From Candidatus Brocadia sp. (GTDB lineage Bacteria; Planctomycetota; Brocadiia; Brocadiales; Brocadiaceae), in the NCBI GenBank assembly GCA_021650915.1, contig CP091279.1, forward strand, positions 2,670,001 through 2,702,000: DNA of 32,000 bases. Direction: 5' to 3'. Positions 17,148-25,838 of the stretch are shown here, in pieces. Under the pieces are notes generated by a model, which saw only the letters and a list, made by a program, of their open reading frames with translations, did not search any database and had not been told where the DNA came from. The translations under genes and the position numbers were made by a program. How positions within the stretch are numbered: the first letter of the stretch is position 1; each line of letters opens with the position of its first letter.

Positions 17148-17174
17148 CCTGTCAGGGTTTTGGACCCTGACAGG
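17148..17174 (+). promoter_or_regulatory. Hairpin in the glgP leader: CCTGTCAGGG-TTTTGGA-CCCTGACAGG
   Basis: A 10-bp perfect stem with a 7-nt loop containing GGA, located 62 nt upstream of the glgP ATG. Its function is unknown. Confidence 0.3.
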
Positions 17175-17235
17175 GCTGGCTCGCTTTTCCGACGCGTTCT
17201 GGTTGGGAATTCATTAGAGACAAAGGGGGTTATAA

Positions 17236-19737
17236 ATGGCAAAACCATCACAAAAAAAGCGTGAATCATCAATGCTTGGCACAGGGGAGAACATTCGGAC
17301 CGGGACCAGTATTGCTTCATTGAAAAAGGCAATCCTCGACAACCTCTATTACATCCAGGGGCGTACACCGGAACTTGCCACGAAGAACGACTGGTACATG
17401 GCCGTAGCCTATACAGTACGGGACAGGATGCTGAGACATTTTATCCATTCCCTCAAAAGAATGCAGGATGCGAAGGTAAAAATCGTGAGCTACCTTTCGG
17501 CAGAGTTTCTGATGGGGCCGCACCTGGGCAATAATCTCCTGAATTTGGGGATCACTGACCAGACACGGCAAGCAGCAAAAGAAATCGGCCTTGAACTGAA
17601 CGATCTGCTCGCGCAGGAGGAAGAGCCGGGGCTTGGCAACGGTGGCCTCGGGAGGCTTGCAGCCTGCTACATGGATTCCCTTGCGTCGCTGACCGTGCCG
17701 GCGATCGGCTATGGTATCCGGTATGAGTTCGGCATCTTTGACCAGGAGATTCACGACGGATGGCAGGTGGAAAAGACCGACAAGTGGCTTCGCCTGGGCA
17801 ACCCCTGGGAAATCTGCCGGCCCGAGATCTCCTATGAAGTGAATTTCGGCGGGCACACGGCGCAGTACCTTGATGACAAAGGCTGTTTCAGAGTCCGCTG
17901 GAACCCCCACCGTGTCGTCAAGGGAATTGCCTATGACACCCCAGTCCCGTCCTACCGGGACGATATGGTGGACATGCTCAGGCTGTGGAAATCAGAGGCA
18001 ATCGAATCCTTTGACTTTCAGGCATTTAATGTCGGCGACTATTACAAAGCCGTGGATATGAAGGTCGTTTCCGAGACGGTAAGCAAGGTCCTCTACCCGA
18101 ACGATGAACCTGAAATTGGAAAGACCCTCCGCCTCGCCCAGCAGTATTTCTTCGTCTCCTGCTCGCTTCAGGATATGATCCGCATTCATCTGGCGCGGGG
18201 AAAAGGCATTGAGACATTTCACGAAAGCTTTGCCGTGCAGTTGAACGATACCCATCCCTCAATCGCCGTAGCAGAACTCATGCGCCTTCTGGTGGATGAG
18301 CATCTGATGGACTGGGACAGCGCCTGGCAGATAACCGGGAAAACCATGGCGTACACCAATCATACGCTGCTGCCCGAGGCGCTTGAAAAATGGCCTCTCC
18401 CGCTGTTCAAGCGTACGCTCCCGCGACATCTGGAGATCATCTATGAGATCAACCGCAGATTTCTGGACGACGTCCGTCACCGGTATCCCGGCGATGACGG
18501 GCTGGTTGCCCGTCTTTCGCTCATTGATGAGAGCGGAGAGAAGTATGTCCGCATGGCGCATCTTGCTTCCGTGGGGAGCCACCGGATCAATGGCGTGGCG
18601 GCGTTGCACAGCAATCTTCTTACCCGTACCGTTCTGAAAGACCTGTACGATCTCTATCCGGATCGTTTCGTTAACGTGACGAACGGTGTGACTCCAAGGC
18701 GCTGGATAGCCCTGAGCAACCCGTCACTCACAGCTCTGATTACCAGGAGCATTGGCGACCGGTGGATCAGACATTTTGAAGACGAGATCCGGAAAATAGA
18801 ACCCTTAGCGGATGATGCAGGATTCCGGCAGGAGTGGCGAAAGATCAAGCGTAAGAATAAGGCCCGGCTTGCCGCAATCATACAGGAAAGGACCGGTATT
18901 GTGCCGAACCCTGATTCGCTTTTCGATATCCAGGTGAAGCGGATTCATGAATACAAGCGTCAGCATCTGAACGTCCTCAACATCATCACGTTGTATAATC
19001 GTATCAGGAAAAATCCCGGACAGGAGATCATTCCCCGCACCTTCATCTTCGGTGGAAAGGCCGCGCCCGGCTACTTCATGGCAAAGCTGATCATTAAGCT
19101 CATCAATTCCGTTGCCGAGGTGATAAACACGGATCAGGATGTGGCAGGAAGGCTAACGGTTGTCTTCTTTCCGGACTTCAATGTGAAAAGCGCACAGCAT
19201 ATCTATCCTGCCGCGGAGCTCTCCGAGCAGATCTCAACCGCTGGCAAGGAGGCATCGGGCACCGGCAACATGAAATTCTCGATGAACGGCGCCCTCACCA
19301 TCGGCACCCTTGACGGCGCGAACGTTGAGATTCGTGAGGAGGTTGGGCAGGAGAACTTCTTTCTCTTCGGCCTGTCTGCTGAGGAAGTGCACAACGAGAA
19401 GGCGAGGGGCTATCGTCCCCGGGACTACTATGACTCAAACCCGTGCCTCCGTGAGGTTATCGAGCAGATCTGGTCAGGGTATTTCTCGCGTGGCGATGCA
19501 GAACTTTTCAGACCGCTGGTGGAAAACCTCCTGAATCACGATCCCTTCATGCTCCTGGCTGATTATCAGTCGTACATCGACTGTCAGGACGGGGTAAGTT
19601 CGGCGTATCATGATCAGGAGCGCTGGACGCGCATGTCAATTCTCAACGTGGCGCGGATGGGGAAGTTTTCTTCAGACCGGTCGATTCGGGAATACTGCGA
19701 TACTATCTGGAATATAAAACTGACGAAAGGAGGGTGA
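17236..19737 (+). CDS. glgP: Glycogen/maltodextrin phosphorylase (GT35)
   Basis: 833 aa. It has the EEPGLGNGGLGRLAAC block and the pyridoxal-phosphate lysine context EASGTGNMKFSMNGALTIGTLDGANVEI. Confidence 0.95.
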   Translation: MAKPSQKKRESSMLGTGENIRTGTSIASLKKAILDNLYYIQGRTPELATKNDWYMAVAYTVRDRMLRHFIHSLKRMQDAKVKIVSYLSAEFLMGPHLGNNLLNLGITDQTRQAAKEIGLELNDLLAQEEEPGLGNGGLGRLAACYMDSLASLTVPAIGYGIRYEFGIFDQEIHDGWQVEKTDKWLRLGNPWEICRPEISYEVNFGGHTAQYLDDKGCFRVRWNPHRVVKGIAYDTPVPSYRDDMVDMLRLWKSEAIESFDFQAFNVGDYYKAVDMKVVSETVSKVLYPNDEPEIGKTLRLAQQYFFVSCSLQDMIRIHLARGKGIETFHESFAVQLNDTHPSIAVAELMRLLVDEHLMDWDSAWQITGKTMAYTNHTLLPEALEKWPLPLFKRTLPRHLEIIYEINRRFLDDVRHRYPGDDGLVARLSLIDESGEKYVRMAHLASVGSHRINGVAALHSNLLTRTVLKDLYDLYPDRFVNVTNGVTPRRWIALSNPSLTALITRSIGDRWIRHFEDEIRKIEPLADDAGFRQEWRKIKRKNKARLAAIIQERTGIVPNPDSLFDIQVKRIHEYKRQHLNVLNIITLYNRIRKNPGQEIIPRTFIFGGKAAPGYFMAKLIIKLINSVAEVINTDQDVAGRLTVVFFPDFNVKSAQHIYPAAELSEQISTAGKEASGTGNMKFSMNGALTIGTLDGANVEIREEVGQENFFLFGLSAEEVHNEKARGYRPRDYYDSNPCLREVIEQIWSGYFSRGDAELFRPLVENLLNHDPFMLLADYQSYIDCQDGVSSAYHDQERWTRMSILNVARMGKFSSDRSIREYCDTIWNIKLTKGG

Positions 19738-19742
19738 TGTAT

Positions 19743-21860
19743 ATGGGATCAAAAACACTTACTACGGGCGATAACGTTGTTGGTCAAACGCGGGGGACCA
19801 GCTTTCCGCTGGGTGCGACCGTATTACCTGGTGGCGTTAATTTTAGTGTCTTCTCGAAGAACGCGACATCAGTAGAACTGCTGCTCTTTCAGCATGCAGA
19901 AGATTCTGCCCCTTCCCGCATAATCCTGCTTGACGCCCGGAAGAACAGAACCTATCACTATTGGCACGTCATTGTCCCGGGTATTGGGCCGGGACAAGTC
20001 TATGGATATCGCGTCCATGGTCCCCATGAGCCGGAGCGCGGCATGCGCTTCGACTCGGACAAGGTGTTGCTTGATCCTTATGGCAGGGCGGTTGTCGTTC
20101 CCCGAAAATACAACCGCGGGGCGGCATGTCAGCCTGGTGACAATTGTGGCGTTGCGATGAAGAGCGTGATAACCGACCCGGGCGCGTATGACTGGGAAGG
20201 TGATTTACCCCTGAGGCAACCCTTCACCCGCACGATCGTTTACGAGATGCACGTTCGCGGATTCACGGCCCATCCGAGTTCCGGGGTTACGCCGGAAAAA
20301 CGGGGCACCTATGCGGGCCTGATCGAAAAGATCCCGTACCTGAAGGACCTCGGCATCACTGCGGTTGAGCTGCTGCCGGTATATCATTTCGACGAGCAGG
20401 ATGCGCCGCCGGGATTCAGGAACTACTGGGGATATGCGCCGGTCTCGTTCTTTGCCCCGCATCCTGCCTACAGCTCAAAGAAAGACCCCCTGGGGCCGGT
20501 CAATGAGTTTCGCGACATGGTGAAGGCGCTCCACCGCGCAGGGATTGAAGTGATCCTCGACGTTGTTTATAACCATACCGCTGAAGGCAACCATGAGGGA
20601 CCAACCTTGTCCTTCCGCGGATTCGAAAATGATTCTTATTATATCCTCGAACCTGACAAGCGGTACTATAGCAACTATACCGGATGCGGCAATACGCTCG
20701 ACGCGAGCAGTCCCTTTGTCCGCCGCATGATTATCGACAGCCTTCATTACTGGGTTCAGGAGATGCATGTGGACGGCTTCCGCTTCGATCTTGCCTCGAT
20801 TCTTTCCAGGGACGAACAGGGTCAACCACAGGCGAACCCCCCGGTTCTCTGGGATATCGAAACTGCCCCGGTATTGTCCGGCGCAAAGCTCATTGCCGAG
20901 GCATGGGATGCTGCCGGGCTCTATCAGGTGGGCAGTTTCATTGGTGACCGATGGAAGGAGTGGAACGGGAAATTCAGGGACGATGTGCGGAGCTTTCTCA
21001 AGGGAGACAGGAATACGGTTTCAAAATTCGTAACCCGCCTGTTGGGGAGCCCTGATATTTATGGCCATGAAGAACGGGAGGCCGAACAGAGCATCAATTT
21101 CGTCACCTGCCACGACGGATTTACCCTGGATGACCTTGTCTCTTATAATGAAAAACACAACGAGGCAAACGGAGAGGATAACCGCGACGGCAGTAATGAT
21201 AACCTGAGCTGGAACTGTGGCGCTGAGGGTCCGACCGACGATCCTCAGATCGAACAACTCAGGAACCGGCAGGTGAAGAATTTTTTGGCAATCACCCTGC
21301 TCGCTGCAGGAACGCCGATGCTTCTTATGGGAGATGAGGTTCGGCGGACACAGCAGGGAAATAATAATGCCTACGGACAGGACAATGTGATCAGCTGGTT
21401 CGACTGGGGACTTGTTGAAAGACATGCCGACGTGCTCAGATTTGTCAAGCGACTCATCGCAGGCCGCCTGAGGCAGGACGTTGCTCCGGAGGATCCCGGA
21501 TTATCCCTGAACCAGATCCTCCAGCAGTCAAAAATAGACTGGCATGGACTGAAACTGAATCAGCCTGACTGGGGAGCAGACTCTCATGCTATTGGACTCA
21601 CCGTAAAGAGTGTAAGAAGAAGAAGCTTCCTGTTCCATATTATGATCAATGCATACTGGGAAGGGTTGAAGTTTGATGTTCCCCCTGTCCCCGAGCCTGA
21701 ATACGACGCCTGGATGCGGTGGATCGATACCGCCAGGGAATCGCCGGACGATATTTCTTCCTGGGATACGGCGCTGGCGGTCACGGATACATCATATGCT
21801 GTCCATCCGCGATCGTTGGTGGTCCTTGTCAGCCGGCTTAAAAGTCCGGGGAGGCGATAA
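19743..21860 (+). CDS. glgX: Glycogen debranching enzyme (GH13, GlgX type)
   Basis: GH13 blocks VILDVVYNHT, VDGFRFDLASIL, IAEAWD and FVTCHDGFTLDDL are present. AGGAGG lies 8 nt before ATG 19743. In-frame GTG 19734 and ATG 19737 would overlap the glgP stop codon. Confidence 0.9.
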   Translation: MGSKTLTTGDNVVGQTRGTSFPLGATVLPGGVNFSVFSKNATSVELLLFQHAEDSAPSRIILLDARKNRTYHYWHVIVPGIGPGQVYGYRVHGPHEPERGMRFDSDKVLLDPYGRAVVVPRKYNRGAACQPGDNCGVAMKSVITDPGAYDWEGDLPLRQPFTRTIVYEMHVRGFTAHPSSGVTPEKRGTYAGLIEKIPYLKDLGITAVELLPVYHFDEQDAPPGFRNYWGYAPVSFFAPHPAYSSKKDPLGPVNEFRDMVKALHRAGIEVILDVVYNHTAEGNHEGPTLSFRGFENDSYYILEPDKRYYSNYTGCGNTLDASSPFVRRMIIDSLHYWVQEMHVDGFRFDLASILSRDEQGQPQANPPVLWDIETAPVLSGAKLIAEAWDAAGLYQVGSFIGDRWKEWNGKFRDDVRSFLKGDRNTVSKFVTRLLGSPDIYGHEEREAEQSINFVTCHDGFTLDDLVSYNEKHNEANGEDNRDGSNDNLSWNCGAEGPTDDPQIEQLRNRQVKNFLAITLLAAGTPMLLMGDEVRRTQQGNNNAYGQDNVISWFDWGLVERHADVLRFVKRLIAGRLRQDVAPEDPGLSLNQILQQSKIDWHGLKLNQPDWGADSHAIGLTVKSVRRRSFLFHIMINAYWEGLKFDVPPVPEPEYDAWMRWIDTARESPDDISSWDTALAVTDTSYAVHPRSLVVLVSRLKSPGRR

Positions 21861-21907
21861 ACGTATTCTTTCGAAAGCCAACCGGAAATCGTAATTGCAT
21901 AACTATA

Positions 21908-22119
21908 TAGTATTACTGTATAAAAACTTCTTTTTTTGTAAGTTTTTTCACAAATCCCTTTCAGGAGGTACCGGTTTTTATGAGTGAAAGATTGCTTCGT
22001 TTCACTCGCAATGACAACGTGCAGTGTGCCATCAAAGTGCATGGTCGCTGTCATTGCGAGGCCTTTTCCGAAGCAATCTCCCGCTTTCATAAGGAGATTT
22101 GGTTGTGGCCTTGCTGCGC
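21908..22119 (-). mobile_element. RA copy 4 (reverse orientation), flanked by TA on both sides
   Basis: Reverse complement of the RA consensus. TA is present at 21906-21907 and at 22120-22121. Confidence 0.85.
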
Positions 22120-22123
22120 TATG

Positions 22124-22183
22124 CTATAATCAGGACATCCCTTCGGGATTAAAGAATTAATAACACTTTAGCTTTTTGAAAAA
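22124..22183. repeat. Solo RG-type arm (CTATAATCAGGACATCCCTTCGGGATT) followed by a TIR-like TAACACTTTAGCTTTTTGAAAAA
   Basis: Matches the right arm of the element at 31055-31275. The TIR motif is shared with the RC and RB MITEs. Confidence 0.6.
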
Positions 22184-22231
22184 GGTAGCGCCGATCCCTT
22201 GTGGTCGGTCTGTGCGGGGGATAAACCACCC

Positions 22232-22377
22232 GCACTTTAGTTTTTGAAAAATGATAATAATGACGATGTTGCCGCACGGTGTAGGGACGAAGCATTTGCC
22301 ATACATTGGTATACATGTATTCACACCTCAAGCAGGCAAATGTTTCGCCCCTACCTTTTCAAAAAACTATACTGTTC
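22232..22377 (+). mobile_element. RC MITE copy 3 (degenerate left TIR)
   Basis: The cargo hairpin GTAGGGACGAAGCATTTGCC...GGCAAATGTTTCGCCCCTAC is at 22281-22354. The right TIR CTTTTCAAAAAACTATACTGTTC is at 22355-22377. Confidence 0.75.
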
Positions 22378-22459
22378 TATATTTTGTTCACTCATCGCGA
22401 TTGTGAGCAAAAGCATGTTGAGTAGTCACACCATGAGTCAATAAAGGAAAGGAGAGGAG

Positions 22460-22525
22460 ATGCCGGTAGCTGATTACAAGATTGACGGTGAAATGCCCGA
22501 CAGGGAGGGCGGGAGACAACCATGA
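22460..22525 (+). other. 21-codon upstream ORF (MPVADYKIDGEMPDREGGRQP) whose stop codon overlaps the pta start (ATGA)
   Basis: The ATG at 22460 is preceded by AAGGAAAGGAGAGGAG. The TGA at 22523-22525 overlaps the pta ATG at 22522-22524. There is no evidence that it is translated. Confidence 0.25.
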
Positions 22526-24621
22526 GCCAGGGTATTTACATCACCAGCGCTGAGCCGCGGAGCGGCAAATCGGTCATCGTGCTCGGAATCATGGAGATTC
22601 TCTCCGGACGAATGGGAAAGATCGGCTTTTTCCGTCCCGTGGTCCGGGACGACAAAAACCCAGACCATATCACTACCCTTATCACCAGGCGGTATGCTCT
22701 TGATATTCCCTATGAAAAAGTGTATGGTTGCAGCTACGAGGCTGCACGGGAGATGCTCGTCCGGAACAGGGATGACGATCTCCTGAAATTGATCCTGGAA
22801 AAGTACCGGGCGCTTCAGGCGGAGTTTGACCTTGTCGTCTGCGTAGGTTCAGACTTCACCGGTCCGGCTACCGCCCTTGAATTTGACTTTAATGCCAAGG
22901 TGGCAAACAATCTAGGATGTTCCGTTCTGCCCGTCGTCAAGGGATACGACAGGGATACCGTGCAGATCGTCAGCGTGGCGCAGGGACTTCTTGCGTCGAT
23001 TAAAGAGCGAAGCTGCGACGTGCTCTCCCTGATTGTCAACCGCGTCCCGGCGCCTTTATGCGACAGCGTTCATGATGAACTCAGGCGGGCAATACCGGCA
23101 GATATTCCAACCTATGTGCTCCCGGAGATTCAGCTCCTTGAAAAACCAACGGTTGATGAGATTGCCGTGGTTCTCAGCGCTGAACGCCTGAGCGGCCATG
23201 ATGAGAGATTCAATCACGAAGTGCGGAATTTCAAGATCGCCGCCATGGAACTGCCCCACTTCCTGGAGCATATCGAAGAGGGAAGCCTCATTATAACGCC
23301 GGGCGACCGTTCAGACGTTGTCCTTGCCAGCCTCCTTGCTGATGCGTCGAATACGTATCCCCACATCTCCGGCATCATACTGACCGGCGGGATCAGGCTG
23401 GCATCTCAGGTGTGGCGGCTTATTGAGGGACTGCGGCAACTGTCGGTTCCGATGATTGCCGTTTCGACGGATACCTATACAACCGCCCTGAACGTAAGTT
23501 CCCTGGAAGGCGTGCTCTCCTATAACAATCCCCGAAAGATTGCCGCCGCGCTTGGCATTATCGAGGCAAAGGTAAACGTTGCCGAACTCTTTGACCGCAT
23601 ATCGGCAGCCCGTTCCGAACGCGTAACGCCACTCATGTTTGAATATGAAATCATCCGGCAGGCAAAGTCTGACCGTAAACACATTGTCCTTCCGGAAGGC
23701 ACGGAAGAGCGTGTACTGCGGGCTGCGGAGATCCTCAGGATGCGCGACGTCGTTGCGATCACCCTTCTCGGAGACGAGCGGGAGATATGGCAGAAAGCCG
23801 CCGACCTCGGTATCTCCCTTCCCGGTGTGTCCGTGATCGATCCCGTGAAATCAGTCCGCCGCCAGACCTATGCCGATGCCTACTTTGGCCTCCGTAAGCA
23901 TAAGGGAATCTCTCCCCAGATGGCCTTCGATACTATGTCCGATATCAGTTACTTTGGCACCATGATGGTCTATTTTGGAGAAGCAGACGGCATGGTATCT
24001 GGCTCCGTGCATACAACCCAGCACACGATCCGGCCTGCCTTCGAGGTCATCAAGACCAGGCCGGGATGCTCGATCGTTTCGAGCGTATTCTTTATGTGTC
24101 TTGCCGACCGCGTGCTTGTTTTTGGAGACTGTGCCGTTAACCCTGATCCGAATCCGGGACAGCTGGCCGACATTGCAATCAGCTCCGCCGAAACGGCGCT
24201 CATGTTCGGCGTGCAACCGTTCATTGCCATGCTCAGCTATTCCACCGGTGAATCAGGCAAAGGAACCGAGGTGGACAAGGTGCGGGAGGCGACCAGGATT
24301 GCGAAGGAGCGTCGTCCGGACCTGAAGATCGAAGGCCCCATGCAGTACGATGCAGCCGTCGATGCCGGTGTGGCGAAGACGAAACTTCCCGGAAGCGCGG
24401 TTGCCGGTCATGCAACCGTATTCATCTTTCCCGACCTGAATACCGGCAACAACACCTATAAGGCCGTCCAGCGGTCTGCCCATGCCGTGGCCGTGGGGCC
24501 GGTCCTGCAGGGGCTCAATAAGCCGGTAAACGATCTCAGCCGTGGATGCACCGTAACCGACATTGTGAACACGGTGGCGATCACCGCCATTCAGTCGCAG
24601 CGCGGAGGAACTACCGCATGA
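22522..24621 (+). CDS. pta: Phosphate acetyltransferase, long form (N-terminal AAA/DRTGG-type domains plus C-terminal PTA domain)
   Basis: 699 aa. The C-terminal half has SGSVHTTQHTIRPA, FGDCAVNPDP and NTGNNTYKAVQR blocks typical of Pta. Confidence 0.95.
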   Translation: MSQGIYITSAEPRSGKSVIVLGIMEILSGRMGKIGFFRPVVRDDKNPDHITTLITRRYALDIPYEKVYGCSYEAAREMLVRNRDDDLLKLILEKYRALQAEFDLVVCVGSDFTGPATALEFDFNAKVANNLGCSVLPVVKGYDRDTVQIVSVAQGLLASIKERSCDVLSLIVNRVPAPLCDSVHDELRRAIPADIPTYVLPEIQLLEKPTVDEIAVVLSAERLSGHDERFNHEVRNFKIAAMELPHFLEHIEEGSLIITPGDRSDVVLASLLADASNTYPHISGIILTGGIRLASQVWRLIEGLRQLSVPMIAVSTDTYTTALNVSSLEGVLSYNNPRKIAAALGIIEAKVNVAELFDRISAARSERVTPLMFEYEIIRQAKSDRKHIVLPEGTEERVLRAAEILRMRDVVAITLLGDEREIWQKAADLGISLPGVSVIDPVKSVRRQTYADAYFGLRKHKGISPQMAFDTMSDISYFGTMMVYFGEADGMVSGSVHTTQHTIRPAFEVIKTRPGCSIVSSVFFMCLADRVLVFGDCAVNPDPNPGQLADIAISSAETALMFGVQPFIAMLSYSTGESGKGTEVDKVREATRIAKERRPDLKIEGPMQYDAAVDAGVAKTKLPGSAVAGHATVFIFPDLNTGNNTYKAVQRSAHAVAVGPVLQGLNKPVNDLSRGCTVTDIVNTVAITAIQSQRGGTTA

Positions 24622-25838
24622 GGGTTGTCGTGATCAATTCGGGGAGCTCCTCGATCAAATACGAGTCATTCAACCTGAACGGCCTCTCGTCTGCCGCAAA
24701 AGGTCTTTTGGAGTGCATAGGCGCAGCGAAAAGCAGGTTAAAGCACCGGTGGCTCACTCCGGCTGGCGCATGGGAGGAGATTGCCGAGACACGGCCGGTT
24801 GCCGACCATCGCGAAGGTTTTTCCTTTATCCTTGAGGTGAGCGGCAGGGCTCGGGCAGACAGCGCGGAGACGGAGGTCTTCGCCGTTGGACATCGCGTGG
24901 TGCACGGCGGTGAGAAGTTCAGGGAGCCTGCAATTATCGATGACGCGACTCTCAGGGAAATAGAGGCGCTTATTCCCCTTGCGCCGCTTCACAATCCAGC
25001 CAATGTGCGGGGAATTAACGTGATGCGGGAACTCCTGCCCCGTGTTCCGCAGGTGGCCGTATTCGATACGGCATTCCATCAGACGATGCCTCCGCGGGCA
25101 TTTCACTATGCACTCCCGTATGATCTGTATCAGTCAGCCGGTGTCCGGCGCTATGGGTTTCATGGAAGCTCGCATTATTATGTGGCAAAGGAGGCATCGC
25201 GCTATCTCGGCATTCCCTCCGATAAGCTGAATCTCATCACGCTCCACCTTGGCAATGGAGCCAGCGCAACGGCGATTGAAAGGGGAAAGAGCATAGACAC
25301 CTCCATGGGACTGACGCCGCTGGAAGGGCTCATCATGGGAACGCGCTGCGGAGACCTGGATCCTGCCGTTCATTTTTATCTGGCGAGAAAAACAGGCAGG
25401 TCGTTTGAAGAGATCGAAGGCATCCTGAACCGGGAGAGCGGGCTTACGGGCATTTGCGGAACGAACGACATGCGGGAAATCCAGAGCCGCGTCAGCGGAG
25501 GAGATGTCCGGGCATCGCTCGCCCTTGAAATGTTCTGCTACCGCATCAAAAAATATATCGGCGCGTATTATGCCGCCCTCGGCTCCGTGGACGCCATCGT
25601 CTTTACCGGTGGTATCGGAGAAAATTCGGCAGTTGTGCGGGGTAAATCCTGTGAGGGACTGGCAGGCATCGGAATATCCCTTGATGGACGCAGAAACATC
25701 GCTTCTGGCAGCGGCATCAGAGAAATACAGGCTGAGGATGACAGGGTTAAGATCCTTGTCATACCGACTGATGAGGAGCGCGAAATCGCGCAACAGACAG
25801 TTGAGGTTGTCGGGAGGGCAAAAGATCATGGCCGGTAA
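24618..25838 (+). CDS. ackA: Acetate kinase
   Basis: MRVVVINSGSSSIKYE, HRVVHGG, FHGSSHYYV and IVFTGGIGENS motifs are present. ATG 24618 overlaps the pta stop codon (ATGA). The ORF-track start at 24546 lies inside pta and is rejected. Confidence 0.95.
   Translation: MRVVVINSGSSSIKYESFNLNGLSSAAKGLLECIGAAKSRLKHRWLTPAGAWEEIAETRPVADHREGFSFILEVSGRARADSAETEVFAVGHRVVHGGEKFREPAIIDDATLREIEALIPLAPLHNPANVRGINVMRELLPRVPQVAVFDTAFHQTMPPRAFHYALPYDLYQSAGVRRYGFHGSSHYYVAKEASRYLGIPSDKLNLITLHLGNGASATAIERGKSIDTSMGLTPLEGLIMGTRCGDLDPAVHFYLARKTGRSFEEIEGILNRESGLTGICGTNDMREIQSRVSGGDVRASLALEMFCYRIKKYIGAYYAALGSVDAIVFTGGIGENSAVVRGKSCEGLAGIGISLDGRRNIASGSGIREIQAEDDRVKILVIPTDEEREIAQQTVEVVGRAKDHGR

Noticed and set aside
22212-22235. 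GTGCGGGGGATAAACCACCCGCAC resembles the GGGGATAAACC 3' handle of type I-E CRISPR repeats.
   Set aside because: It is a single occurrence with no repeat-spacer periodicity and no cas genes in the window. It folds as its own 7-bp hairpin inside a MITE-like mosaic.
22384-22410. The imperfect palindrome TTGTTCACTCA-TCGCGAT-TGTGAGCAAAA upstream of pta has a TGTGAGC half-site similar to lac-type operators.
   Set aside because: Only about 7 of 11 arm positions are complementary without a gap. There is no regulator gene nearby and only a single occurrence, so it is too weak to call an operator.
24546-24617. Upstream starts suggested by the ORF track for ackA (24546), the lipoprotein gene (25504), the permease (13289) and the SHOCT protein (29302).
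   Set aside because: The extensions lie inside the preceding gene or lack an RBS. The canonical N-termini (MRVVVINSGSSSIKYE, the signal peptides) begin at the downstream ATGs, which have RBS or overlap-coupling geometry.
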